From a virus (lineage: Duplodnaviria > Caudoviricetes): a DNA stretch of 36,580 nt. Both the position numbers and the translations under genes were made by a program. How positions within the stretch are numbered: position 1 is the first letter of the stretch; every line of letters starts with the position of its first letter. Where the stretch lies: positions 1-36,580 of IMG/VR virus record IMGVR_UViG_3300005326_000257, one strand, 5' to 3'. The notes under the pieces were generated by a model. It made no database searches. It saw only the letters and a program-made list of their open reading frames with translations, and was not told the origin of the DNA. Of this stretch, positions 7,213-17,600 are shown in pieces.

Positions 7213-7506
7213 CGGAGGTTGCCAAATTTTAGACAAGCATCTGCATCACCGACCTTAATAAATATTTAACGAGGAATGTATTATAAATTGTACATCAAAA
7301 CATAAACATATTACCACATTGTTATCAAATCTTAATATAAAATAGGGCTTTATAACCAAGACTATTGCACTATACATTTCACTTATTCTATTCTCAAACT
7401 TTCATTCAAATAAACCCATGTCAAATAGTTTTAGTTCATCATAGCCCTCTTGTAATTGTGAAAATTTTGGTATATGATATGTACAAAAAGGTGGGTGGTG
7501 ATTATT

Positions 7507-8133
7507 GTGATCTGTAATCGTTGCGGTAAGGAAAACCCAGATAATTCTAATTTTTGCCCGCAATGCGGACTATCATTTAATCAGCCAAATTACAACATAA
7601 AGCCACAAAGAAAACGGATAGGGTGCAGGACTGTTCTTGGCATATTCGTGATGGCTGTTTTGGCAATTGTAGCCTTGGGATTAATTTTTGGGGACGATAA
7701 GGCAGATACAACAGCATCGACAGATTTAACCACTATAAAAAACGTGCAGACAGCAACCGGGTCGGAGACAACTAAAAAAATTGAAACAACTACGAAAGCA
7801 ACCCAAGAAGGAATAGATCCGGATAAGTTTAATGATATGGTTAAGGAAAAACTTAGCGTAATAAATAAGGACGGCGTAATAAGTAAATTTAGCACTTCGG
7901 TCTATGGCACTACAGCAACGGTAAAACTATATCTTTCTCATCTTTCATCATGGGAGATATCCGACACTCAGAGAAAAGAATTCATGAATACTATGGGAAA
8001 TTTTATGGATAGCGTAGCATCTCTTGCTGCATACCCTGGCACCAAAACAATCGGCACAAATACGATACTGTATTCACCGGGTGGATTGGAACTTGCCGAA
8101 AGAACTATTTTGGGCAACGTAAAATTAAAATGA
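7507..8133 (+). CDS. Zinc-ribbon, single-TM membrane protein (moron)
   Basis: CNRCG..N.DNSNFCPQCG; one hydrophobic helix; Thr-rich linker and extracellular domain. Upstream TGgTATATG -10-like element. GTG start inferred. Confidence 0.8.
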   Translation: MICNRCGKENPDNSNFCPQCGLSFNQPNYNIKPQRKRIGCRTVLGIFVMAVLAIVALGLIFGDDKADTTASTDLTTIKNVQTATGSETTKKIETTTKATQEGIDPDKFNDMVKEKLSVINKDGVISKFSTSVYGTTATVKLYLSHLSSWEISDTQRKEFMNTMGNFMDSVASLAAYPGTKTIGTNTILYSPGGLELAERTILGNVKLK

Positions 8134-8154
8134 AATCCGCAAAAGCGCAATAAA

Positions 8155-8176
8155 TAAGCCCGGTTTCCCGGGCGTT
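8155..8176. terminator. Hairpin between convergent moron and lysis genes
   Basis: GCCCGG-TTTC-CCGGGC stem preceded by AAATAA (U-rich tail on the minus strand). Confidence 0.55.
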
Positions 8177-8282
8177 AAGGCGGTTTGCTCTTCCATTCCA
8201 GATATATGCTGCAAAAGTCAGTACAGGGCGTTCTGTTGCTAATGGGGATACCTTTGCAGAATAGGCATGGGCATTCAGGCAT
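8175..8282 (-). CDS. 35-aa Cys-rich peptide (below track cutoff)
   Basis: AAGGAGG RBS within the holin 3' end; MPECPCLFCKGIPISNRTPCTDFCSIYLEWKSKPP*. Confidence 0.45.
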   Translation of the reverse strand: MPECPCLFCKGIPISNRTPCTDFCSIYLEWKSKPP

Positions 8283-8284
8283 AA

Positions 8285-8476
8285 TCATCCCTCCTTGGTT
8301 TCGTTTGGCTTCCGATTAAAGAAGTATGTCAGGATCATACCGGCAAAAAGTACAACGTCTTTTGGCTCAATAGTACCTTTTACGGCCAGGTGAATAACCA
8401 GGCCGATTATGCCAAAGGTAACGAGTGACTTGACCTCTAAAAGCTTCATAATGCGTTCTAATAGTTTTTCATTCAT
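8285..8476 (-). CDS. Holin-like two-TM protein
   Basis: Two hydrophobic segments, LLEVKSLVT...MILTYFF, charged C-terminus; next to endolysin. Confidence 0.75.
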   Translation of the reverse strand: MNEKLLERIMKLLEVKSLVTFGIIGLVIHLAVKGTIEPKDVVLFAGMILTYFFNRKPNETKEG

Positions 8477-8479
8477 TTT

Positions 8480-8905
8480 TTACACCTCCTTCAATGATTT
8501 TATAGATATGAGCTTATGCCCTGCAGCATCTTTCCAATATGATTTTGTGGGCCGTACATCCACATGGGTGAAGTAGTTACCGTCATGGGTATATACGCCA
8601 ATCCCGTTGAATCCGACAGATTCAGCGAGTAATGCCACCTGCAACGGCGTTACTCCCGATACTTTGATGTCTGCGGCCTTCCCGTACAAATGCTGTGATG
8701 CAGGCGCGCCGCCGCATTTCTTGTTGTATTCTTCTGTCCGGTATGCACTCACCACGGTAATGGGTTTACCTAGTTTGTCCCGCAGGGCTTGAAGCTTCTC
8801 AACAAGAGCCGGGACGATGATTACCTTTCCGGAACCGTCATGACAGACGAATTCGGACAGTTTAAAATTTTTCGCCAGGTTGAAATCATTCAGAATAGTA
8901 TACAT
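8480..8905 (-). CDS. Endolysin, peptidase M15A-like
   Basis: NFKLSEFVC; SAYRT..YN..CGGA..SQHLYGKAADI; GIGVY...FTHVDVR. Confidence 0.92.
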   Translation of the reverse strand: MYTILNDFNLAKNFKLSEFVCHDGSGKVIIVPALVEKLQALRDKLGKPITVVSAYRTEEYNKKCGGAPASQHLYGKAADIKVSGVTPLQVALLAESVGFNGIGVYTHDGNYFTHVDVRPTKSYWKDAAGHKLISIKSLKEV

Positions 8906-9145
8906 TTACTTCCCTCCCCATTTAAAGATAAAAGCGATAATTCCGGCAATGATACTGCCGCCCACTGTGCGCCATAGCCATTTCTGGCTATCCTTCATTT
9001 CCGTTATGTCCTCCCTGTTGTTGCACGACATTCCGTAAGCCTTGTCAAGCTTATCGCGGATATTGCCATAGTCCTCGATTTTGGTTTCTATCCTGATAAC
9101 CTTATCACGGATTTCAAGAAGTATTTCATTTTCCTTTTCGCTCAC
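8906..9145 (-). CDS. XhlA-like (hemolysin/holin) protein
   Basis: Coiled coil then KWLWRTVGGSIIAGIIAFIF C-terminal TM; GTG start after AAGGGG RBS. Confidence 0.75.
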   Translation of the reverse strand: MSEKENEILLEIRDKVIRIETKIEDYGNIRDKLDKAYGMSCNNREDITEMKDSQKWLWRTVGGSIIAGIIAFIFKWGGK

Positions 9146-9264
9146 ATTGCACCGCCCCTTTCGTTTGTGATAGAATAGTCTTTGCCTTCCTCTGTTGGAC
9201 GCACCGCCCGACAAGGGAAGGTATAATACGGCTGCCGGTGTGCCCGCATCGGTAGCCGGTTCGT

Positions 9265-9735
9265 TTAGCCCCGTGATACCTGGTCAATCCGTCTGAATGT
9301 GATTTCTTCCGTTGCCGTATGGTTGTGATACCATAGTATACGGCTAAGCATGATCCCCACATCCGCCGTTAAACTTGCTGATGTCCCGCAGAATATCCCG
9401 ATCTCCTGTATGGCTGTAATCATGGCTGTTTCAGTCAAGATAAACTCACTCGTCACCTGTCCCGTTGCCGTAGCAGACAAAGTGGCATTTGCGGATAGCC
9501 TGACAGACTCGGACGCAAGGGCCGCGTCGTTGTCAGTGATTGCAGTCGTTCCTGTGCCAAGCGCAAGGTATTTGATTTCCAGGTTTGCCGCAGTACCATA
9601 CAACGGTTTTACGATTTCCTGCAATCCTGCGTTCATGATACGGTTGTGAACGACCTCTTTTTTTGTCTCTCCCGTTTGCTTATTCTTGATGCTGATTTCA
9701 AAAGTCCCATTCCATAATCCGATCTCTTTAATCAT
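9265..9735 (-). CDS. Tail-tip associated structural protein
   Basis: HNRIMNAG...YLALGTGTTA...D..LASE...IQEIGIF motif typical of small tail/baseplate proteins; overlaps the preceding gene. Confidence 0.7.
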   Translation of the reverse strand: MIKEIGLWNGTFEISIKNKQTGETKKEVVHNRIMNAGLQEIVKPLYGTAANLEIKYLALGTGTTAITDNDAALASESVRLSANATLSATATGQVTSEFILTETAMITAIQEIGIFCGTSASLTADVGIMLSRILWYHNHTATEEITFRRIDQVSRG

Positions 9736-12700
9736 ATAACGTCACTCCTACTCCATTTGATGGGCTTTTATATACTTTCCCAACACGCTCAACGCCACAT
9801 AAAACTTTGCCATTTCCAAGATCGCATATAGACCAAGCAATATGCCCCATAATGCTTTGAGATCCATTTATTATGCTCCACGACGTACCAGAATTTGTGC
9901 TTTTTGCAATTTCCCCATTTTCGCTTAGCAACACTTCGTTATTGCTTAATTTTTCAATTGCATAAACACCGCTATAATTTATATGAGCCCAGTTTGAACC
10001 ATAATTTATGCTTTTATATACCCCCGACACTCCGAATCCAGTGGTTCCAGCCAGTTCAATCCCGCCATTTAGCGATTCAAGGCAGTATATTTCAACACCG
10101 ATATTTGTAACATAGCTCCACGTAGCGCCACCGTCTAAACTTTTGTATACATTGCCAGAAGTCGTTCCCGCAAGGAAAACACCTGCCGTATCAAAACATA
10201 CTGCGCTTACCGTTCCGGAAGCTGTATATTTTAGATTCCATGTTCCTCCCGAATTTGTGCTTTGGTATATTTGGTTGCCCGCCACTGCAACTACATATGA
10301 TCCGGCGTGAGCCATGGCATATACCGCAGTTGTGCTTCCAAGCCTTGTTACTAACGACCATGTATTTCCACTGTTTGATGAAAAAAATATTTCGCCGGTT
10401 GGAGATGTACCCGCCAATACTAACCCACTACCCATATTTTGAAAACACATTACCGTTGTTTCTGCGCTCAATTGTGTTATCATTGTCCACGTATCTCCGT
10501 AATCGGAAGTCTTGTATATCTTGCCAGTTGGAGACGTTCCGGCCAGCGCAACACCACTTCCAAGACTTACAAGTGACTTTATGTCGGTTTCACTCCCTAA
10601 CTGCCCTATTTTCTTCCAACTATTCCCGTACTTGTCCTGTATGGTTACGGTGGTCGTACCTCCCCATGTTTCCTTTTCTGTCTGCGTGTTCAGGATAATC
10701 AATAGTTCGTTTTCGCTGATCGTATACCCCTTTGACTTCCTCACCAGGTCTTGGAACATTTTTTCCCATCCACCCAGGGCCGCACCTGCAATGGCTTTTA
10801 CGGAATAATGGACTTTCTGCCAGTCAATTGTATTCAGATCAACGGATTCAATCAGGAAGTCGGACGTTATCCCATAGAGCGATTTTTGTATGGGGAGAAC
10901 TTGTCCTATCCTAAGCCCAGGGACTTCGGTTTCAAATGTTGCCACAACAGCAATTTCCCCATACTTCAGGATCAATCCTTCGCTATACTCTGTTCCCTGG
11001 TCGTTGTCGTTGATAGTCTGTTCCGTCTGGACGTTTTCATATATTCCTGATGTTCCGGTTTCTGCCTGCTCACGATTGTAAATCTCCGCTTCGTTGTCGG
11101 TTGACACAATAACCGGACGTTTCCCGGTATAGTCTACTGTAATGGTGTCGGCTGCGCTCAACGTCGCTTCGGAATCGTCCTGTGTGATGTTGGGGCTGCT
11201 GTACTGGAAGTACCACTTTTTCCCCGAATCCACGTTTAGCACGCCCACGTCGGAGGTTGCCAAGGCTGTTCCGTTAATGTTGATTGTCGGCTGCTTGGCA
11301 ATAGGGTATTTTAAAATAAACGTCTTAGATAGTCCGTCCGGCGCGGGTGTAGGGGCTTCGCTTTGTATGCCCAATACCTTACCTGTGCCAAGTCTTATGT
11401 ATTGCCTGTTCCTGTACTGATCGCGGGTTTTCTTTACCGCGAATTTTTCATGCTGCACAGAATCATTCAACGTCCACGGCGCCAGTGTCAAGGTACTGGA
11501 TGTAAAGTTAAGCCTCTTTTCAAAGTCGATATTCCAGTTCATCCCCGTTGCGGTCTTGAGGTAATTCAATGCCTCGCTGCATGATATATAATTGAAATGC
11601 ACCTCCGTCAATATCGGCCCTGTCTCAATCGTTCCCGCCGTTACCCCTTCTTCGGTCAGCACCGCCGAAATGATGTTGTACACAATATCGCTGGTCGTGG
11701 CTGACGTATAGGACTGATTGATGACTCTTTTATCCGCCAATTGGTTGAAGTCCACTGCGGTAATGTGGTTGTACAGTACACCAGGGAAAGGCTCATTTGC
11801 TTCCACGGTGTCAATTGTCCCCGCGAATATCTTAGGCCTAGCGTAGATGTCCAGCGTATCATCGAATGGTATCTTTGCCGTTGTATACTCGTCTATGGGA
11901 GAAGCTGCGCCGTAGTTGTATGTGTCGAGGATGTCTTTATCTTCTCTTGCTATATTGGATATCCTTACATCATCAAGTAATCCATCGAGCCGTTCATATA
12001 ACGTTGTCGTACCGTCAAACCATGGTAATAAATTGGCAGTACTCCATGCCGTAGACGGTTCAAAACTGCTTCCGAAATCATCTGTCGCATTAACAATGAC
12101 AACAGATTTAATTTCCATCACCTTTCCATTTTGTGTTGCAGCATCGGCGTAGGCGTGGTTGATTGTAAACCTAAAATTACCCGTTGCATCAGCTGGTGGA
12201 GTGTCTTTAATTGAAACAGAATACCATGTATTCTGAATAGGATTAAGTTGTGTCCATACATCCTTGTTTGTTCCACCTGTTGAACCGTCATATTGGATAT
12301 AGATTTTTGTACACGATGCATTTGTAACTCTTACTAAAAATACGGTATTGTAATAATCTGTTATTCCAATTGCCGAACCAGTGCTTTGATTAGTTGCCGC
12401 TACTTCACCCGAACCATCACCTGTTACAGAAAGGGTATTGCTTGCTGCTGATAGTGTTGATGCATATGCATTCCATCCTGATGTATCTGTAAAGTCCCCA
12501 TTCGTGACAATATTCGTCACGCTCAAATTCCTGCCAAAATTCACTTTGGATGAAAGTGTCATACTGTCAAACCAGTTGTTGAAATAAGCATCACACCACC
12601 GGGTTACAGGTTCATCATACCTGCCAAATGTTGTAGTTAGATCAACATCAAGCACTTCTCTACATTCCATGACCTTGCCGTTTGCCGTTGCAGCGTCAGT

Positions 12701-14641
12701 ATAGGTATGAATGATTCGAACTATAAGATGACCAGAAAAAGTATAATCTATTGTAAATATATTGGAAATCCTGTACCATTCATTCTGTGTCGGCGTATTC
12801 AAATCATATGTAGAAACGCCGCTGGATGAGCCGCGCACTTGAATCTGGATTTTAGTGCATGATGTATTTGTTACCCTTGCCAATACAGACAGGTATACCA
12901 AATTTGTGCCTATGTATGTCACGCCTGTGTCTTGTTCAAAATATGGTGCGCTGCTTGATCCATTTCCGGTATCACTGTAAGTATTGTTTGCCACACTCTC
13001 CGTTGAACCGTTTGGCGTCCAATTACTGCCATCAACAAAGTTGCCGTTTTCAACATCATTGTTAACTGTTTTATCTTCATCAAGTAGCACCATTTCGGGC
13101 GGTATAATGCTTGAATCCTCTTCCACACCGTTGAGTAACAGTTTCACACCTGAAGATGACCACTTCCATGCGACTGTATACCATATATTTTTTGCGAGGA
13201 TAGTGGAACCTTTGAGCACTATAGGAGTAACATAATCAAACCATGTGGCAAAAAGTGTATCACACGTCGCTTTGGAAGGTTCGTTACCTGCGCCAAAAAG
13301 TGAGGTTAAATCAATGCACATTATATTTTTTAATCCAATTTCAGTCCAACCTGCTGCCCTATTATCTTGTAATCTTATAACTAAAGTAGTTGCTGCTGAT
13401 GATATTGTCATTACATTACTAGTCGAAGAGAATGCTCCATAAACAGCAGGTGTACTTCCTCCAACTTGTGTTGTTCCGTCGTTAAGATAAAACACTTCAT
13501 TACTATCTGCAACTTTAATCAAAGCAGCAAAATATAACTTGTGCGATTTATAATTTGCATAATTAACAATAGTTTGTATAACTACACCATATTGTTCTGT
13601 GGCAGTAAACAAACACTGATTATTAGCCATTGCATATGTACATTTTGAACCTCCCCATGATGTACTACCCTTCGAAAAATCACCATTTAAAACAATATTT
13701 ATACCCGGACTACTATACCTTACCCCAAGCGTCCCATCGGTATTGACATAGGCTTCCATATTTTTCAGTCCAAGTCCACCTGCATCGAATATGTATTGCT
13801 CTATTGTGCCGGGTGAACGTAGGGGCTTAATGCGGCATTGGATGGTGCCTGCGGATTCTTCGGGGGCGGGGATGGTGAGTGTTTCAGGGGAACGAGTGCC
13901 GTCAATGAATGTGGTAGGATAACCCTTTGTCTCATTTTGGTAATATCGATAATAAACTGTCTCACTAACATTAGTATTAGCTAATGTCAAATGGCGCAAG
14001 TATATTGTTTCGTTTATCGCCGTGCCTCCGATATTCTTATATGTAGTAGCCCACTTATTACCACTTGTGTTCGATAAATAACCAACGTTAACCGTCAATC
14101 CCGCTAAATATGGTAAAACATTTGCTGATGCATTATGCCATTCAATAGAATATGTCCTTGTTTCATCTACTGGTTGACTTTTAGTTTGTAAATATGCAAT
14201 AAACCCACCACCACCAACTCTGGTTATTTCTGCCTTATACCATCCCGCCCATTCTCCGGTCGTTTCCAATGTTGATGTTGCGGACGCACCTGTATAAACG
14301 GTAAATGATGATTGGGCGGTAATGTGATTTGTCGTGCCTTCTTCTATGGTGATTGCATTCCCGTACACCCCCGTCTCATACCGCGTTACATTGGCGGTCA
14401 CGCTTGACCCGTCCTGCATGGTTGCGTTGGAGGTGCGGGAGAAAGTGGCGTCGCCGATGTCGCGGGCGGATTCGCCGGATTCAAGGTGTTTGTAGACAAT
14501 AATCTCCTGCCCTAATTCTGGAACGCTGGTCATTTCAATAGCCGTTAATTCCATAGAGGAACGAGAATTTAATGCATCGCTTATATGCCAGTTCGGATCG
14601 ACTAAAACTTCTTCGCCATTGATTGAAAATACTCTACCCAT
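9728..14641 (-). CDS. Tail tip / hub-receptor-binding protein with inserted LamG-like and carbohydrate-binding repeats and a C-terminal BNR propeller
   Basis: Directly after TMP. Hub-like motifs (KIFAGTID, WNIDFEKRLNF); three NGDF...DLT..FG...EP...WFD repeats; several S-x-D/N-x-G-x-T/N-W boxes at the C-terminus. Confidence 0.85.
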   Translation of the reverse strand: MGRVFSINGEEVLVDPNWHISDALNSRSSMELTAIEMTSVPELGQEIIVYKHLESGESARDIGDATFSRTSNATMQDGSSVTANVTRYETGVYGNAITIEEGTTNHITAQSSFTVYTGASATSTLETTGEWAGWYKAEITRVGGGGFIAYLQTKSQPVDETRTYSIEWHNASANVLPYLAGLTVNVGYLSNTSGNKWATTYKNIGGTAINETIYLRHLTLANTNVSETVYYRYYQNETKGYPTTFIDGTRSPETLTIPAPEESAGTIQCRIKPLRSPGTIEQYIFDAGGLGLKNMEAYVNTDGTLGVRYSSPGINIVLNGDFSKGSTSWGGSKCTYAMANNQCLFTATEQYGVVIQTIVNYANYKSHKLYFAALIKVADSNEVFYLNDGTTQVGGSTPAVYGAFSSTSNVMTISSAATTLVIRLQDNRAAGWTEIGLKNIMCIDLTSLFGAGNEPSKATCDTLFATWFDYVTPIVLKGSTILAKNIWYTVAWKWSSSGVKLLLNGVEEDSSIIPPEMVLLDEDKTVNNDVENGNFVDGSNWTPNGSTESVANNTYSDTGNGSSSAPYFEQDTGVTYIGTNLVYLSVLARVTNTSCTKIQIQVRGSSSGVSTYDLNTPTQNEWYRISNIFTIDYTFSGHLIVRIIHTYTDAATANGKVMECREVLDVDLTTTFGRYDEPVTRWCDAYFNNWFDSMTLSSKVNFGRNLSVTNIVTNGDFTDTSGWNAYASTLSAASNTLSVTGDGSGEVAATNQSTGSAIGITDYYNTVFLVRVTNASCTKIYIQYDGSTGGTNKDVWTQLNPIQNTWYSVSIKDTPPADATGNFRFTINHAYADAATQNGKVMEIKSVVIVNATDDFGSSFEPSTAWSTANLLPWFDGTTTLYERLDGLLDDVRISNIAREDKDILDTYNYGAASPIDEYTTAKIPFDDTLDIYARPKIFAGTIDTVEANEPFPGVLYNHITAVDFNQLADKRVINQSYTSATTSDIVYNIISAVLTEEGVTAGTIETGPILTEVHFNYISCSEALNYLKTATGMNWNIDFEKRLNFTSSTLTLAPWTLNDSVQHEKFAVKKTRDQYRNRQYIRLGTGKVLGIQSEAPTPAPDGLSKTFILKYPIAKQPTININGTALATSDVGVLNVDSGKKWYFQYSSPNITQDDSEATLSAADTITVDYTGKRPVIVSTDNEAEIYNREQAETGTSGIYENVQTEQTINDNDQGTEYSEGLILKYGEIAVVATFETEVPGLRIGQVLPIQKSLYGITSDFLIESVDLNTIDWQKVHYSVKAIAGAALGGWEKMFQDLVRKSKGYTISENELLIILNTQTEKETWGGTTTVTIQDKYGNSWKKIGQLGSETDIKSLVSLGSGVALAGTSPTGKIYKTSDYGDTWTMITQLSAETTVMCFQNMGSGLVLAGTSPTGEIFFSSNSGNTWSLVTRLGSTTAVYAMAHAGSYVVAVAGNQIYQSTNSGGTWNLKYTASGTVSAVCFDTAGVFLAGTTSGNVYKSLDGGATWSYVTNIGVEIYCLESLNGGIELAGTTGFGVSGVYKSINYGSNWAHINYSGVYAIEKLSNNEVLLSENGEIAKSTNSGTSWSIINGSQSIMGHIAWSICDLGNGKVLCGVERVGKVYKSPSNGVGVTLYD

Positions 14642-17600
14642 TAAGTCACACCCCCCAATGTCCTCAATCTGTTGACCAACATTTCCCCTTCGCGTGTCGC
14701 TTCTTTGATGTCCGATGGACGATTACAGTAAATGTTTAGCGTAACCCCCCTTGCCTTTGCTGTATCGCGCGCGTTTTTGACCGTTTCGCCGCCGTGGAAC
14801 TTGACAAGCTCCGGCCCTTCTTCACCTACTAAAGCCCAACCACGGCGGGCAGATGGAGTACCGGAAGCGTAAAAATTGGTGTCATATATGGGTTGACCAT
14901 GATTTGCAACAAAGGTATTGTATTCTGCTTGTTCTGTTGCCGATAACGGGCTTTTGGGTGGCCCATATTTCCATCCGGATTGTTTTACGCCATTGATATA
15001 TTTGTGGTAAATTCCACGGTATGGTGCTTTTGATTCGTAATGGTCAAGCTGCCATGATTCCGCAGGTGTGACTGTTGCGCTACCTGTGACAACGGGCGCA
15101 GTAGCGTTACCTGTAACAACAGGAGCCGTTGCATTTCCTGTATAGCTTGTACTTCCTAACCCTGCTGCTATTGTGTTCTGCACATTCTGTAACATCTGTT
15201 CTATACTCACATTAGACCCTACCAATGCGGCAACATCTGCGGGCATGGTGGCACGCACCTGATTAGCGGCGGCGGAAATAGCGTCCTTTTCAGCTTGTGT
15301 TTTTGCTACGGCGTATTGAAGCTTATAGTTCAGTATCTGGAATATTTTGTCCATGTTCGCAACCATGGCGACAGTTTCGGCGTTGACTACGGTTGCACCC
15401 GCACGCAGTTTGGCAATCAGGGCTTCCGTGTATAATTTGCCTTCTTCGTTGCCAAGGTCGGCAAATCTTTGCGCCAATTCCTGTAATGTATCAATCATTT
15501 GCTGATTGGCGGTTTCGGCTTCATCAGGTACTAATCCAAGGGCTTTCCGTATTGCGTCTTTCATAGATGTTGCCATGCTGTTAAGACCCATAACTAAACT
15601 CTCGCCGAAAGACTGTCCGACATTCTGCCATTCCGGATTGTACTTTGTCAAAAGGTCTTGAATCATCTGCGCGTTGGATTCGTTCATCAATAATTGCCGT
15701 GCTTCGGCGTTTAATGATTCTTCCTCCAATAGTTGGTCATAATGTTCCTGCATCTTCTCCATGCGGGCATTGAGTGCAGCCTCAAGGTCTTCTAATTCCT
15801 TTTCGGCAGTTTCTTTTTTCAGGTCGTATGTTTCTTCCAGAGCTGCAGCTTCCTTTTCCGCCGCTTCTTCAATGGCATCCATCTGCTCCTGCAATGTCTT
15901 AATCTGCAACTCGCGGCTTTCTAAAGCGGCTTCGCGCTCATGCTCCGCTTTTAGGTCGTCAATTTCCTTTAAAGCTTCCAAACGCTCTTCCAAACTGGTA
16001 GCTTCCAGGACTTGTTTATTCAAATTGGAAAGCTTTGTCTGATATTCCTGTTCCTTTAAAGCCCTTTCCTCTGCATCGGTCAAGGCGTTCAAGGCGTCAA
16101 TATCTGACTGAAGCTTCTTTAAATTAGTGTCCTTTGTCTGCTCAATGGTTTTGCGTTTCGCGTTGTACTCTTCATCATACAGTTTCATTTTTGTTTCATG
16201 CGCTGTTTTCAGCCCGTCCAATTCTTTGTTGAGGGCTTTCTCCTGCGCCTTGCGCTGCTCGTTGTATTGATTGGTAAGAGCTTTCACAACAGCCGCGCCA
16301 AAGGAATCCAGCGTTTCTATGCGCTTGTCGTATGCCCGTTCTTCCCATCCCACAAGGGCGCGTAAGTTGGATATGAATTTTTCATAGGCTTTCTTGACCT
16401 TTTCAGTGGCATCTTCCACAGTCTCACCCAATGTTGTAACCGTTTGGACACTTTTTTGCTTGACTTCATCAAATCCATTTTTGAAGATACCCTTAACGCT
16501 GTCCACCGCACTCAAAACAGTATCTTTCATGCCCTGTCCAATATCGCCAAGTTTATCCATGGCATTGCCCCATGCGTCCGCTACCCTTCCGCCTGCCTCC
16601 TTTTCGTTGGCTATTGCGGTATCAAGGTCATTGCGGGAGTTTTCAACAAAGTTTTTGATTTTATCCTGCAATGAACCTATACTATTCGCGGCTCCTGTGA
16701 ATACATCACCCACGCCTGGTATGCGGGACATCAGTTCTAAAAGGCTTGAAATGGAACCCATGAGATTTCCGGCAGTGAAGTCAAGAAATTTCGCGAGCGC
16801 ATACTGCACCTGCCTCAAATTCAATTGAATCACTACACCCCATCTTGCAAAGCCAAGCTTGATAAACTCCCACAAGGCTTTAAAGAATGGCGGGACTTTA
16901 TTCCAATTTTTTATCAGAAGGAATGCGACCGCCGCCAAAGCCGCAACACCGATGATAATTAATCCAATTGGTGAGATCACAAATTGTAATACGGCAATTA
17001 AGCCGCTGATTGTGGTTGAAATTTTACTAAATATCGATATCAGCGGGCCAGTTGCTGCAGCTATCAACAACAATGCCCCGATAACATTTTGTGCCGATGG
17101 GCTTAAATTTGAAAACCACGTAACGACATTCTCAACCGAATTTGCAAGCCCATGAAACACAGGCACAACCTGATTCTGGATAAATGGAATTAACTTATCC
17201 TGCAATAGTGGGATAAACGACATCCCAATCTCGCGAAACACAGCGCCGAATTGCATTTTTACCCTATCCCATGCATCCCCAAACTCGCGTGCGGAAATTA
17301 TGGATTCGTCGGACATAATCAGCCCAAGTTTGTTTGCTTCCTCTGTTAGTCTTTCAATTTCATCGCTTCCCGCATTCAGTATTGGTATCAATTCAGAATA
17401 CGACCGTCCAAACAGCGAGGATGCAAGTATGTTCCTGTCGGTTTCATTTTCAACACCTGATAATTTTTTGATGACTTCGGTGTACAGAATAGACATATCC
17501 TTTGTGCTTCCGTTGGCGTTTTTCATGGATATGCCAAGTCTTTGCAGTGCTTGTGATGCATTGCTGCTTTCGCTGTCGGTTGTTTTCAATTGATTCGTAA

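Noticed and set aside
9728-14641. Diversity-generating retroelement or invertible tail-fibre shufflon
   Set aside because: No reverse transcriptase or invertase in the window, and no near-identical TR/VR pair seen; the repeats are divergent protein-level repeats.
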